Of a stretch of DNA of 64,000 nucleotides, positions 10,432 through 18,912 are shown one piece after another. The position numbers were made by a program, and so were the translations under genes. Source of the stretch: an uncultured Gammaproteobacteria bacterium (GTDB lineage: Bacteria > Patescibacteriota > Patescibacteriia > Magasanikbacterales > UBA922); NCBI GenBank assembly GCA_964597575.1, contig CAZQXB010000001.1, positions 704,595 through 768,594 of the forward strand, given 5' to 3'. The stretch's first letter is position 1. Every line of letters begins with the position of its first letter. Under the pieces are notes generated by a model. That model saw only the letters and a list, made by a program, of their open reading frames with translations. It searched no databases and was not told the origin of the DNA.

Positions 10432-10455
10432 TAATAACACCATTTTAATACACAT

Positions 10456-11082
10456 ATGAATGACCTTTCTTTTGCACACACCTCATTTGATCCTGCGGCC
10501 GAACCAGTTCCTCCGACCCCTGTTTCTCCAAGCGATAACGCCCCACTGCCCCAGACTTCACCAACAGCACCCCCAGACCTTGCCATTGTCCGCCAGATGA
10601 TTCACCGCATGAAAGACGAACTCGACGCTATGCTTCGCGTACTTCAGGGTGACTCGAGCGGATCAAAAGACTTTCGCCCTCATTTTGAAACAATTACTGC
10701 CGGATCTAACATTCAGATACAGGAAGGTGTCTTTACCGGCAACATGATGCGGGCCACCGACGGCAAAGAATACAGCATCCCCCCAAACTATGCGAGCAAA
10801 TCGAAACTGGTAGAGGGCGACCGCATGAAACTCACTATTACTCCGAGCGGTGCGTTTATTTACAAACAAATTGCTCAGATAGAACGCGATCGTGTTACAG
10901 GCGAACTGACCCTTGACCCAGGCACTGGTCAATGGCATGTGGTCGTGAATGGAAAGCCATACAAAGTATTAACCGCTTCGGTAACCTTTTATCGCGGAAA
11001 ACCAGGAGATAAAGTTTCTATTTTAGTCCCAAAAGGAGTTGAGGCTTCTTGGGGCGCAATGGAGAATGTCATTCAGGGATAG
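10456..11082 (+). CDS. hypothetical protein with Pro-rich N-terminus, last gene of the ATPase operon
   Basis: 208 aa ORF with a 25-nt gap after the ATPase gene, followed by a strong terminator. Confidence 0.45.
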   Translation: MNDLSFAHTSFDPAAEPVPPTPVSPSDNAPLPQTSPTAPPDLAIVRQMIHRMKDELDAMLRVLQGDSSGSKDFRPHFETITAGSNIQIQEGVFTGNMMRATDGKEYSIPPNYASKSKLVEGDRMKLTITPSGAFIYKQIAQIERDRVTGELTLDPGTGQWHVVVNGKPYKVLTASVTFYRGKPGDKVSILVPKGVEASWGAMENVIQG

Positions 11083-11103
11083 CATTCAATATACCTCAAA
11101 AAC

Positions 11104-11138
11104 AAAAATACCCCGGGCCTTGGGGTATTTTTGTTTTC
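11104..11138. terminator. bidirectional intrinsic terminator
   Basis: Perfect 11-bp stem AAAAATACCCC/GGGGTATTTTT with loop GGGCCTT. The A-tract and T-tract on either side serve the convergent genes 10456-11082 (+) and 11161-11433 (-). Confidence 0.6.
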
Positions 11139-11160
11139 TATCCGACTCTTGCCTTACTGT

Positions 11161-11433
11161 TTATTTTTTATCTGGGTCGGTCACATGAGTTGAAATAAGT
11201 TTTGCCATTTCAAACATGTTCACCTGTGATTTTCCTCCGAAAAGCACTTTGAGCTTTTCGTCAGCGTTAATATTACGCTTATTCTTCATATCTTGCAAAC
11301 CTTTTGCCTTGATGTATTCCCAAACCTTTTTCATTACCTGACCGCGAGACATTGGACCTGGTCCTGCAACTGCCTGTAACACTGGTGACAGGTTGAGTGG
11401 CTTAAGAAGTGCTGGGTTGGCTTTCCGTGGCAT
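11161..11433 (-). CDS. SWIB/MDM2-domain protein
   Basis: LKPLNLSPVLQAVAG...SRGQVMKKVWEYIKAKGLQDMKNKRNINADEKLKVLFG...VNMFEMAKLISTHV matches the bacterial SWIB consensus. Confidence 0.75.
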   Translation of the reverse strand: MPRKANPALLKPLNLSPVLQAVAGPGPMSRGQVMKKVWEYIKAKGLQDMKNKRNINADEKLKVLFGGKSQVNMFEMAKLISTHVTDPDKK

Positions 11434-11646
11434 ACACGATATTTAGAAAATTAAATACTACGTTGTAGTTATGCCCACACTATAACACAGGGGTCATGCG
11501 AAGGGCAATAGGTTATACACAGGGAGGAGGAGTGGTGCCAAGAAACATAAAAAACAACGAATACTTTTTCTCAAAGAAAAAAAGAAAACATCTTCCCCAT
11601 CATGAGAAAGTACTATATACTACGTTTCACTAACACGAACGAATAT

Positions 11647-13266
11647 ATGGCACTCTACCACAAGTACCGCCCTCAAACTTTTGCTGATGTTACTGGCCAA
11701 GAACACATAGTTCGAACAATCTCGAATCAAATTCGCACCAATACGCTCGGTCATGCGTATCTTTTCTCTGGACCTCGCGGGGTTGGTAAAACAACCACTG
11801 CCCGCCTCATTGCCAAAGCCGTCAATTGTGAAAAACGGTCCAAAGATATTTTCGAACCCTGCAATACCTGCACATCGTGCATCGAAATTACCGCTGGACA
11901 TGCTTTAGACGTTGTTGAAATTGATGCGGCGAGCCACACCGGTGTTGACCATGTGCGCGAACACATTATCGATAACGCTCGTTTCCGCCCTACAAAATCT
12001 CCGTTTAAAATATTTATTATCGACGAGGTCCACATGCTTTCCACCTCGGCGTTTAATGCGCTTCTAAAAACCCTAGAGGAACCGCCGGCGCATGTTGTAT
12101 TTATTTTAGCGACGACCGAACTTCAAAAAATTCCCGAAACCATTCTTTCCCGATGCCAACGATTTCAGTTCAAAAAAATGCCCTTTGACGACATGCGAAA
12201 GCATTTGCTCGATATCGCCAAGGCAGAAGATATTACAATTGACGATGAGCCGCTTCATCGCATTATTGCCAAAAGTGATGGTTCAGTACGCGATGCCATG
12301 AGCTTGCTCGACCAGCTCATCTCTTTGGGTGAAAAAAAGATTACTGAAGCGAACGCTGCTGCTATTCTCCCTCTCCATAATCTTGATACTGCGTTTCGCT
12401 TTATTGAAAAAACACTTCAAAGAAACCCGGTTGAAGCACTTCGCATACTTGATGCCGCAAGTGAAGCCGGAACATCATGGATTGATTTAGCCGACGACTG
12501 TGTCGTTATTGCGCGTCTCATGTGTATTGGCCGCGTTGGAGGGGATACAAGCCAAGTTGCCCTTCCTATTCCCAAATCCGTGGAAACATCTGCAGGGGCA
12601 CTGGGAAAAAATCTCTCCTCAAGCGAATTGATTCGTTTTATGGACATGCTCCTTTCGCGCCGGGCCGAAATTGCAAAAAGCCCTATCCCAGAACTTCCTT
12701 TTGAAATGCTCACTATTGCCTGGAGTGCCGAAGAAGAAAAAGGGCCACCTCTACCAACCACCAGCTCGATAAACGTTGCTTCGAAAAAAGTGGAACCGGA
12801 AAAAAAAGAGATTCCAGTTGTTTCAAAAAAAGTACTCGCCTCTGAAATGCCGTCACCACCCACTCCCCCTCCTGTTTCTCCTGTTCAACCAGTTGAAGAA
12901 ATAAAAAACAGTACCCCAGAAGAAACCGCGGCCCTTCCCCCACTTGATTTTGGAACGGTGCAGCTAAAATGGAAGCAATTGGTAAAGTCTCTTGAAACAC
13001 GCTCACCTTCATTGGTTTCTGTGCTTCACATGGCTCGCGTGGAAGGGGTCGAGGGAAGAACCATTACCCTTTCTGTCCCTTTTGCTTTTCACAAAGACAC
13101 GCTGGAGAGCAAAAACGGAAGACCGGCACTTGCTGCAGCCCTTCTTGAGCACTTTAATGGCCGGGCAGATCTTTCTATTCTTATCAAAGAAGAAAAAACA
13201 GACACCGCAGACCCAGATCTCGCGCATCTTGCTGCAGCATTTGGTGGAGAATTTGTATCCCCATAG
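11647..13266 (+). CDS. dnaX: DNA polymerase III subunit gamma/tau
   Basis: YRPQTFADVTGQEH, Walker A GPRGVGKTT, zinc module CxxCxxC (CNTCTSC), Walker B IFIIDEVHML, and sensor SRCQRF. The start was set at MALYHKYRPQTF. Confidence 0.9.
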   Translation: MALYHKYRPQTFADVTGQEHIVRTISNQIRTNTLGHAYLFSGPRGVGKTTTARLIAKAVNCEKRSKDIFEPCNTCTSCIEITAGHALDVVEIDAASHTGVDHVREHIIDNARFRPTKSPFKIFIIDEVHMLSTSAFNALLKTLEEPPAHVVFILATTELQKIPETILSRCQRFQFKKMPFDDMRKHLLDIAKAEDITIDDEPLHRIIAKSDGSVRDAMSLLDQLISLGEKKITEANAAAILPLHNLDTAFRFIEKTLQRNPVEALRILDAASEAGTSWIDLADDCVVIARLMCIGRVGGDTSQVALPIPKSVETSAGALGKNLSSSELIRFMDMLLSRRAEIAKSPIPELPFEMLTIAWSAEEEKGPPLPTTSSINVASKKVEPEKKEIPVVSKKVLASEMPSPPTPPPVSPVQPVEEIKNSTPEETAALPPLDFGTVQLKWKQLVKSLETRSPSLVSVLHMARVEGVEGRTITLSVPFAFHKDTLESKNGRPALAAALLEHFNGRADLSILIKEEKTDTADPDLAHLAAAFGGEFVSP

Positions 13267-13270
13267 CTCT

Positions 13271-14257
13271 ATGCGTTTATTCGCTCTTCCCCTTTTTGGC
13301 CTTTTGCTTCTCCCCTTTCCGGTTTTTGCACTCTCACCCACAGGCCCGACCACCCTAGCGGTTCCTTATGTAAGCCAGGCCCCCTATGGCGTATGGGTTG
13401 AGCCGTGGCAAAATGCGTGCGAAGAAACGACCATTGCTATGGTTGATGCATTTTATGGAAAGCGCACTCTTACTCGCGCAACAGGAACAACCGCTATCCG
13501 GCTGGCGCTTAAACTCCGTGAACACCGCCATGGAAAAAGTTTGGATGAATCTGCCGAAGTCATGAAAGATATCATTAACTCGTATTATCCATGGGAAGCT
13601 TCTGTTGTACGAAACCCAACGCTTGAGCAAATCATGGAGGAAATAAAAAATGGCCGACCAGTGATTGCGCTCACCCACGGGAAAGCACTCGGGAATCCCC
13701 GATTTCAACAAGGCGGGCCAGACTATCATACTATTGTTCTCTCTGGGTTTAACGAACCCACCAAAGAATTTATTACCCAAGAACCTGGTACATCGATTGG
13801 GCAAAATCATCGCTATTCGTTTACGACCGTCATGAATGCACTCCACGATTTTGTTCCAAATAAGAAAACTTCGACCGGCGTGCCGACGGTTTTATTCACC
13901 TCACCTCGAATAGAGGCAAGCGGAACAAGTGATGCAGACGGTGACGGACTCTCCAAACAAGATGAACTTCGGCACGGAACCGTGCTCTATTTTTCAGACA
14001 GTGATGGGGACGGGTACACTGACGGCGAAGAGGTTGTGCTCGGTTTTTTACCCAATAAAAATGAACAGGCCCTTCCGTACGGAACGCTTGTAAAAAGTAC
14101 TGATGCCCCCGCAGTATACCGTTTGGAAAATGGAAAAAAACGCCATATCGTGAGTGAGCAGGCATTTTTAGGACGCGGATGGAAATGGACACAAATCGTT
14201 CTTGTGAGCAGTAGATTTCTCGAGAACGTTCCAGTCGGCACTCCTATCACCCGGTAA
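13271..14257 (+). CDS. secreted peptidase-C39-like (C39_2 family) protein with C-terminal thrombospondin-type-3 repeats
   Basis: Signal peptide MRLFALPLFGLLLLPFPVFA. VPYVSQAPYG...NACEETTIAMVDAFYGK resembles the Peptidase_C39_2 Cys motif. The C-terminus has DADGDGLSKQDE and DSDGDGYTDGEE Ca-binding TSP3 repeats. The track ORF start at 12992 overlaps dnaX, so the ATG at 13271 was used. Confidence 0.65.
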   Translation: MRLFALPLFGLLLLPFPVFALSPTGPTTLAVPYVSQAPYGVWVEPWQNACEETTIAMVDAFYGKRTLTRATGTTAIRLALKLREHRHGKSLDESAEVMKDIINSYYPWEASVVRNPTLEQIMEEIKNGRPVIALTHGKALGNPRFQQGGPDYHTIVLSGFNEPTKEFITQEPGTSIGQNHRYSFTTVMNALHDFVPNKKTSTGVPTVLFTSPRIEASGTSDADGDGLSKQDELRHGTVLYFSDSDGDGYTDGEEVVLGFLPNKNEQALPYGTLVKSTDAPAVYRLENGKKRHIVSEQAFLGRGWKWTQIVLVSSRFLENVPVGTPITR

Positions 14258-14289
14258 ATAGGCCGTGTTACCATCTCGTTCAGAAAAAT

Positions 14290-14325
14290 AAAAAGCGATC
14301 CATTGCTGGGTCGCTTTTTACTAAT
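14290..14325 (+). terminator. intrinsic terminator after the C39-like peptidase gene
   Basis: 12-bp stem AAAAAGCGATCC/GGGTCGCTTTTT (one G-U wobble) with loop ATTGCT, followed by TTTTTACT. Confidence 0.55.
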
Positions 14326-14570
14326 CAATAAAGATCAAAGAGAGCACCTACGCCTGCTCTTCACCTGGTTTCTTTTCATCTGGTGTTGGGGCAGGGGCCG
14401 GTGCATTGTTCATGATCATAGTCCGAGTGGTTATGAATGCATGCCAACTAGTGGTAGGTGACATACATTCATCATACTCCTCAAGCAAACCCTGTCAACT
14501 ACCCACATTGACAAAGAGCGAAAAAAATGATACTTCTACATCACGTTGAAATTCAACGAGGAAGTATACG

Positions 14571-15125
14571 ATGAACGACAAAGAGGCACAAATCGAGACC
14601 ACGCTTTTCCTTGTGAGGGCGCTCCCCATGCATGGAGGAGTCCAAACGGAGGCTTACATACAGACCCGTGACAGCGCGGCTGCAGAGCGAGTGAGCGAAT
14701 ATATTGCCCACAAGCTAGGCATGGTGTCATCCACGACCGTCGGGGCTATCTACAGCTCCCAGACCCCGGGTGCGACTCTCACGGCTCTCCGCATCAAGAA
14801 GGGTCTTCTCAGCTACCGCAAGGTGAGCAGCTTCCTCCGCGTCGAGACCGTGATCCGCCAGGAAAACAGCACGGCGGACTCGAGCTCCGCGCATGGCTAC
14901 GCGATCCGGATCACCGAGCTCGTCCGGGAGAACCTCGGACAGCACATCGTCGTGGTCCTGGCCTGCGACGCGGATACTTTCGCGCAGACGGTGCGGAAGT
15001 TCTCGGGGGGTGGGGGTTCGATCCCGGAGTTGGTGCCTGGCACCGTCGTTACGCTCACGCTCCACGGAGCTGGACCTGAGTGGACGAAGACGGTCATGGA
15101 CTGCCACAGCCCCGCCAAGAGCTAG
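14571..15125 (+). CDS. hypothetical protein encoded in high-GC island 1
   Basis: 184 aa ORF with a good SD (GAGGAAG, 8 nt upstream). Local GC is about 60% against a 45% background, with GC3-biased codons. No recognised domain. Confidence 0.5.
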   Translation: MNDKEAQIETTLFLVRALPMHGGVQTEAYIQTRDSAAAERVSEYIAHKLGMVSSTTVGAIYSSQTPGATLTALRIKKGLLSYRKVSSFLRVETVIRQENSTADSSSAHGYAIRITELVRENLGQHIVVVLACDADTFAQTVRKFSGGGGSIPELVPGTVVTLTLHGAGPEWTKTVMDCHSPAKS

Positions 15126-15292
15126 CCCCTCTGACCACCCCTCCCTTCTCTTCCGGCGTCCCATCGCAGCAGACCACACGGCTCACCACCGAACGGCCTG
15201 CTGCGATCTTTTCTTTAGAGAGAAAAACTATTTCTGAACGAAGAATATACCTTGACGAACGACACCAAATTGCGTATACTCATGGCACATAA

Positions 15293-15363
15293 TCGGGGAT
15301 CGTCTAACGGTAGGACTTCAGGTTCTGGTCCTGAATATCGGGGTTCGAATCCCTGTCCCCGAA
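15293..15363 (+). tRNA. tRNA-Gln (anticodon CTG)
   Basis: Hand-folded cloverleaf. Acceptor TCGGGGA/TCCCCGA with U1-A72, a Gln identity element. D stem GTCT/GGAC. Anticodon stem TCAGG/CCTGA with loop TTCTGGT (anticodon CTG). T arm CGGGG-TTCGAAT-CCCTG. Discriminator A, no encoded CCA. Confidence 0.8.
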
Positions 15364-15370
15364 CAAAAAA

Positions 15371-15403
15371 ATATACCACCCACATGGGTGGTATATTTTT
15401 TTG
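15371..15403 (+). terminator. intrinsic terminator after tRNA-Gln
   Basis: Perfect 11-bp stem ATATACCACCC/GGGTGGTATAT with loop ACAT, followed by TTTTTTT. Confidence 0.6.
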
Positions 15404-15521
15404 ATTTGTTGGATTAGGAATTCGAACGGGGAGGGTTTGGGAACCGGGAGGTTCCCACTTTTGTTGGGGGAAGGTTGGGAAGGGGTGGAAACCCTTTCCC
15501 AGGAGGAGCTTTAGCGACAAC

Positions 15522-15537
15522 TTCGAATTCCCTGTCC
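15522..15537 (+). repeat. direct repeat copying the 3' end of tRNA-Gln (att-like footprint)
   Basis: TTCGAATTCCCTGTCC here versus TTCGAATCCCTGTCC at 15344-15358 (T-loop to acceptor 3' strand). A related inverted fragment GGAATTCGAAC is at 15417-15427. A G-rich, non-coding-looking segment lies between the copies. Confidence 0.5.
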
Positions 15538-15658
15538 AAAAAGAGAAGGCGGAAGCCAACGAGAGGCTAAGGAGAATCCCTGGATTGAAAAAAGCCTGCC
15601 CCGACGACGCTTGGTCGAAACAGACTTCTTCTCCTCAAAGGAAAAGAGTGGTGATGGA

Positions 15659-16114
15659 TCATTTCCTCTCTGACGGCGACTCTTCTCCATGATGACAGGA
15701 TGGTGCACCTCGAGAAATCCTTCGGATATGCTCAGCATGGCGACCTGGCCTATCTTGCACCCTCGAAATCGAAACCAAACCAACATCATCATCTGGGGCA
15801 CTGGTAAGATCGAATGGAAAGGTAATATGCGCACTTCCATCTCCACCACTAGGCCACTGACGCGGTATCATACCGAACGCACGAAAGACGGTTCCTCGAA
15901 CCCACACACAGGACGGGGTAGCAAAGGCATCGCCTTTTTTCCTGCCAGACCAGGCAATGAAGGCGAAAACATAGTGGATTGACTGATCGGCGGCAGCGAG
16001 CTTGAGCTCGAAGTTGGGAGCATCACGCCCAGGCTCTGGAATGGGGGCACCGGTGTGGCCCGCAAAAATCTCACGGGCACCGATGATACGGTAGGTATTT
16101 AGCGCCTGTACCAT
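15659..16114 (-). CDS. hypothetical protein encoded in high-GC island 1
   Basis: 151 aa ORF with about 58% GC. The N-terminal two thirds look like a globular beta-rich protein. The C-terminal about 40 aa are low complexity, so the true 3' end is uncertain. Confidence 0.35.
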   Translation of the reverse strand: MVQALNTYRIIGAREIFAGHTGAPIPEPGRDAPNFELKLAAADQSIHYVFAFIAWSGRKKGDAFATPSCVWVRGTVFRAFGMIPRQWPSGGDGSAHITFPFDLTSAPDDDVGLVSISRVQDRPGRHAEHIRRISRGAPSCHHGEESPSERK

Positions 16115-16216
16115 GGATCACGTCTCCTTCACCCGTATCATACTCATAACAAAAAAGATGCGTCAAATATTGCCTTTTCTTCCTTTTTCCGCTACCATTC
16201 TACTATTATCATTTCT

Positions 16217-17068
16217 ATGGCTGAACGAATCGACGGAATTGCTATTGCACACAACCTTGAAGGAGGTTTATTTCAGCGTGTCGAAGCATTAAAAAAACAA
16301 GCCATTACCCCAACCCTTGTCGTTTACCTTATTGGGAACGACAGACGATCTGAAGCCTACATTGCGAAAAAAGCTGCGGTAGCGGAGCGCGTTGGCATTA
16401 CGTTTATTCTTCGTCAATTTCCTCTTGAAACCACCACTGAAGCATTGTGCGAATATATTGAAAAAGACAATGACGATAGTGCCATTCACGCAATGATTGT
16501 TCAACTCCCGTTACCACCTCATATTGAAAAAGAAATGGTATTAAACACCGTCGCCGCAAAAAAAGATGCCGATTGTCTCACTTACGAAAACTTAGGCCGG
16601 CTCGTGAATGAAACCAATTTTCTTATTCCCCCAACTCCGGGTGCAGTACTGGCTATTTTAGAAAATCAACATGTTGATATTACAGGAAAAAATATTACTC
16701 TTGTGGGAACAGGCCAGTTGGTCGGAAAACCACTGTCGATTGTACTTATTCACACCAAAGCGAGTGTAACCACCTGCAATGAACAAACAAAAAACATTGT
16801 AGAAAAATGTCGTGAAGCTGATATTTTAGTTACCGGAGTCGGCAAACCAAACTTGATCACAAAAGACATGGTCAAACCCGGAGCTGTTGTAATTGATACC
16901 GGCACCTCATTCCTCAACGGAAAAATATCTGGCGATGTAATGTATGATGCAGTGGCAGAAGTTGCACGCGCCATTACTCCGACCCCAGGTGGGGTTGGTC
17001 CAATTACCGTCGCCAAGCTTCTTGAAAATGTTGTCATTTGTGCTGAGAGACAAACGAACAAACTCTAA
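16217..17068 (+). CDS. folD: bifunctional methylenetetrahydrofolate dehydrogenase / methenyltetrahydrofolate cyclohydrolase
   Basis: FolD-specific motifs: YxxSK region (SEAYIAKKAAVAERVGI), Rossmann GTGQLVGKPL and the C-terminal PTPGGVGPITVAKLLEN. Confidence 0.9.
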   Translation: MAERIDGIAIAHNLEGGLFQRVEALKKQAITPTLVVYLIGNDRRSEAYIAKKAAVAERVGITFILRQFPLETTTEALCEYIEKDNDDSAIHAMIVQLPLPPHIEKEMVLNTVAAKKDADCLTYENLGRLVNETNFLIPPTPGAVLAILENQHVDITGKNITLVGTGQLVGKPLSIVLIHTKASVTTCNEQTKNIVEKCREADILVTGVGKPNLITKDMVKPGAVVIDTGTSFLNGKISGDVMYDAVAEVARAITPTPGGVGPITVAKLLENVVICAERQTNKL

Positions 17069-17139
17069 ATTTGCACACCTCACCCCACTAGAGTACAGTA
17101 TCTCTAGCCCCAACTCATCCAACAAACAGGAGGAAGTGC

Positions 17140-17526
17140 ATGCACAGACGCGTGTTGGGAGTATACGGAATCGTGGTGGTGGCAATGGTAGGAGTTGGCT
17201 GCACCTATGACGGACACTATGTGGCGCCACCACAAGTGACTGCCACGTGTGCAGAAATGACAGACTCGATCTGCGAAAAGATCGACTCCTGTCTCAACCC
17301 GTTCGAAAAGCTCGTTCTCTCTGAGGATGAGTGCCTCCGAAAGGCAGAACCCATTGTCTGCACGCTTAGTTCGTCAGTGGCCTATGCTGGCGAATGCGTC
17401 CGGCAAGCAATCATCGTTCAGTGTGAACCCCTGCGGGGATTTCTCCTCGACGATGAAGCAGTCGCAACTATGACATCAACCTGCACGAGTTTCTTCACGA
17501 AAGTGAAAGCGGACGTGAAGAAATGA
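17140..17526 (+). CDS. small secreted or lipoprotein-like Cys-rich protein
   Basis: N-terminal hydrophobic segment ending in VGVGC, then 8 further Cys in 100 aa. Slightly elevated GC. Confidence 0.45.
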   Translation: MHRRVLGVYGIVVVAMVGVGCTYDGHYVAPPQVTATCAEMTDSICEKIDSCLNPFEKLVLSEDECLRKAEPIVCTLSSSVAYAGECVRQAIIVQCEPLRGFLLDDEAVATMTSTCTSFFTKVKADVKK

Positions 17527-17620
17527 GGAGACGGTAGTGCGGATTTTTTCCAAGATAGCCCACTTTGGCCCGAGCGTGCGTAAAGCACACTCGAAACCCT
17601 AGGCGCGGCTGTCTTCTTGT

Positions 17621-18610
17621 TTACGAATGATTTTCACCTACAACGAGTTGCAAATACTCTTCTAAAAGAAGATCGAGTTCAGAAATAAGTGATACACGCA
17701 TCAATTTTCCACGCAATTCTTTCATACCAGGAATAACTTCGCCCATTTTGGTTGCTTTAAAATACCACGACAAATGTTTGCGGAAAGTCGTCATCCCCTT
17801 TTCTCCATACTGAAGCACATGCAACTGCGCATGTTCGCGGATAACTCGTACCCGTTCATCTGGAGTAACAACAAATGTAGGATCAAGCGCTTCTTTAAAA
17901 AACCAAGGATTACCAAGAGCACCGCGCGCGATAAGAACTCCATCAGCTTTGGTAATATCGAGCGCTTCCTGTACCTGCTTCGCTTCATGAATATCGCCAT
18001 TTGCTAAAAGCGGTACCGGAGAAATTTTTTTTGCTTCAGCAATACGTGCCCAATCACTCTTTCCGCTATAGCTCTGTTCTTTGGTTCGACCGTGCACGGT
18101 AATAAGCTCGGCTCCGGCTTCTGCAACGACAGGAATAAATTTTTTGAAATCATCAGGATCTTTCCAGCCTAAACGAATTTTTATAGAAAGCGGTGTCGTG
18201 CCAATCGCTTGTTTTATTTCACGAATAATAGCCGCAGCACGTTCGGGTTCTTTCATAAGGGCGCACCCATTGAAGTTGCTGGTAATTTTATACACCGGGC
18301 AGCCCATGTTAATATCGATTCCCTCAGGCTTCGCATGCTCCATCACAATCGCAGCAGCGCGCGCCATGGTCAACGGATCGGAACCAAAAATCTGTTGTAC
18401 AATGGGTCGTTCAGCAGGCACAAAATCAGTCATGCCGAGGGTTTTTGCATTATTCCGAACGAGAGCCTCTGAGGAGACCATTTCGCGAAATACCACATCT
18501 GCTCCACCAATATTTCTGACCACTTGGCAAAAGGCAGAATCAGTCATATCTGCCATGGGTGACAGAGCTAAAATACGACCATTATTTTTGAGAATATCTT
18601 GGATCCACAT
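17621..18610 (-). CDS. dusB: tRNA-dihydrouridine synthase
   Basis: Dus TIM-barrel motifs: LSPMADMTDSAFCQV, IDINMGCP, catalytic-Cys region, and KIRLGW..D at the FMN site. Confidence 0.85.
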   Translation of the reverse strand: MWIQDILKNNGRILALSPMADMTDSAFCQVVRNIGGADVVFREMVSSEALVRNNAKTLGMTDFVPAERPIVQQIFGSDPLTMARAAAIVMEHAKPEGIDINMGCPVYKITSNFNGCALMKEPERAAAIIREIKQAIGTTPLSIKIRLGWKDPDDFKKFIPVVAEAGAELITVHGRTKEQSYSGKSDWARIAEAKKISPVPLLANGDIHEAKQVQEALDITKADGVLIARGALGNPWFFKEALDPTFVVTPDERVRVIREHAQLHVLQYGEKGMTTFRKHLSWYFKATKMGEVIPGMKELRGKLMRVSLISELDLLLEEYLQLVVGENHS

Positions 18611-18854
18611 ACGAGTATTACTTTGGTGAAAAAGAAGTATATCATATTTGGCTAAAATATCAAGAGAATCCTATTTTTATCTTGATAAAAATGATACCTT
18701 GAGGGTCGTAGACCCAAGCTCTCCACCCGACGATCACCGAGGCGCTCCACCCCCACCCCTACGGTGCACTAAGGAGGCGCAAGCGTAACAAGACCCCAGA
18801 AACAGAAGACTGCTCACCAGGGGTCGACAATTCTTTTCTTTTCAAGAACTTGAG

Positions 18855-18896
18855 GACAGAAAAATAAAGATCTCCCGTTATGCGAGAGATCTTTAT
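18855..18896 (-). terminator. intrinsic terminator of the 478-aa paralog gene (minus strand)
   Basis: Perfect 11-bp stem ATAAAGATCTC/GAGATCTTTAT with an 11-nt loop. On the minus strand it is followed by TTTTTCTGTCC. It begins 17 nt after the stop at 18913. Confidence 0.5.
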
Positions 18897-18912
18897 CTAT
18901 TTGATTGTCCTC

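Noticed and set aside
11434-11601. Possible SRP RNA upstream of dnaX (as in Bacillus)
   Set aside because: The spacer is only about 165 nt and is mostly AT-rich promoter DNA. No helix-8 GGAAGCAGCC-type motif is present.
12992-13270. Upstream extension of the C39-like peptidase ORF overlapping dnaX
   Set aside because: The extension runs 275 nt into dnaX in another frame. The signal peptide begins at the ATG at 13271, right after the dnaX stop.
14385-14460. 23-aa minus-strand micro-ORF (MIMNNAPAPAPTPDEKKPGEEQA) after the peptidase terminator
   Set aside because: It has no SD and a low-complexity product. It is probably part of the island boundary or promoter region.
15215-15559. 114-aa minus-strand ORF
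   Set aside because: It overlaps tRNA-Gln and its terminator on the opposite strand.
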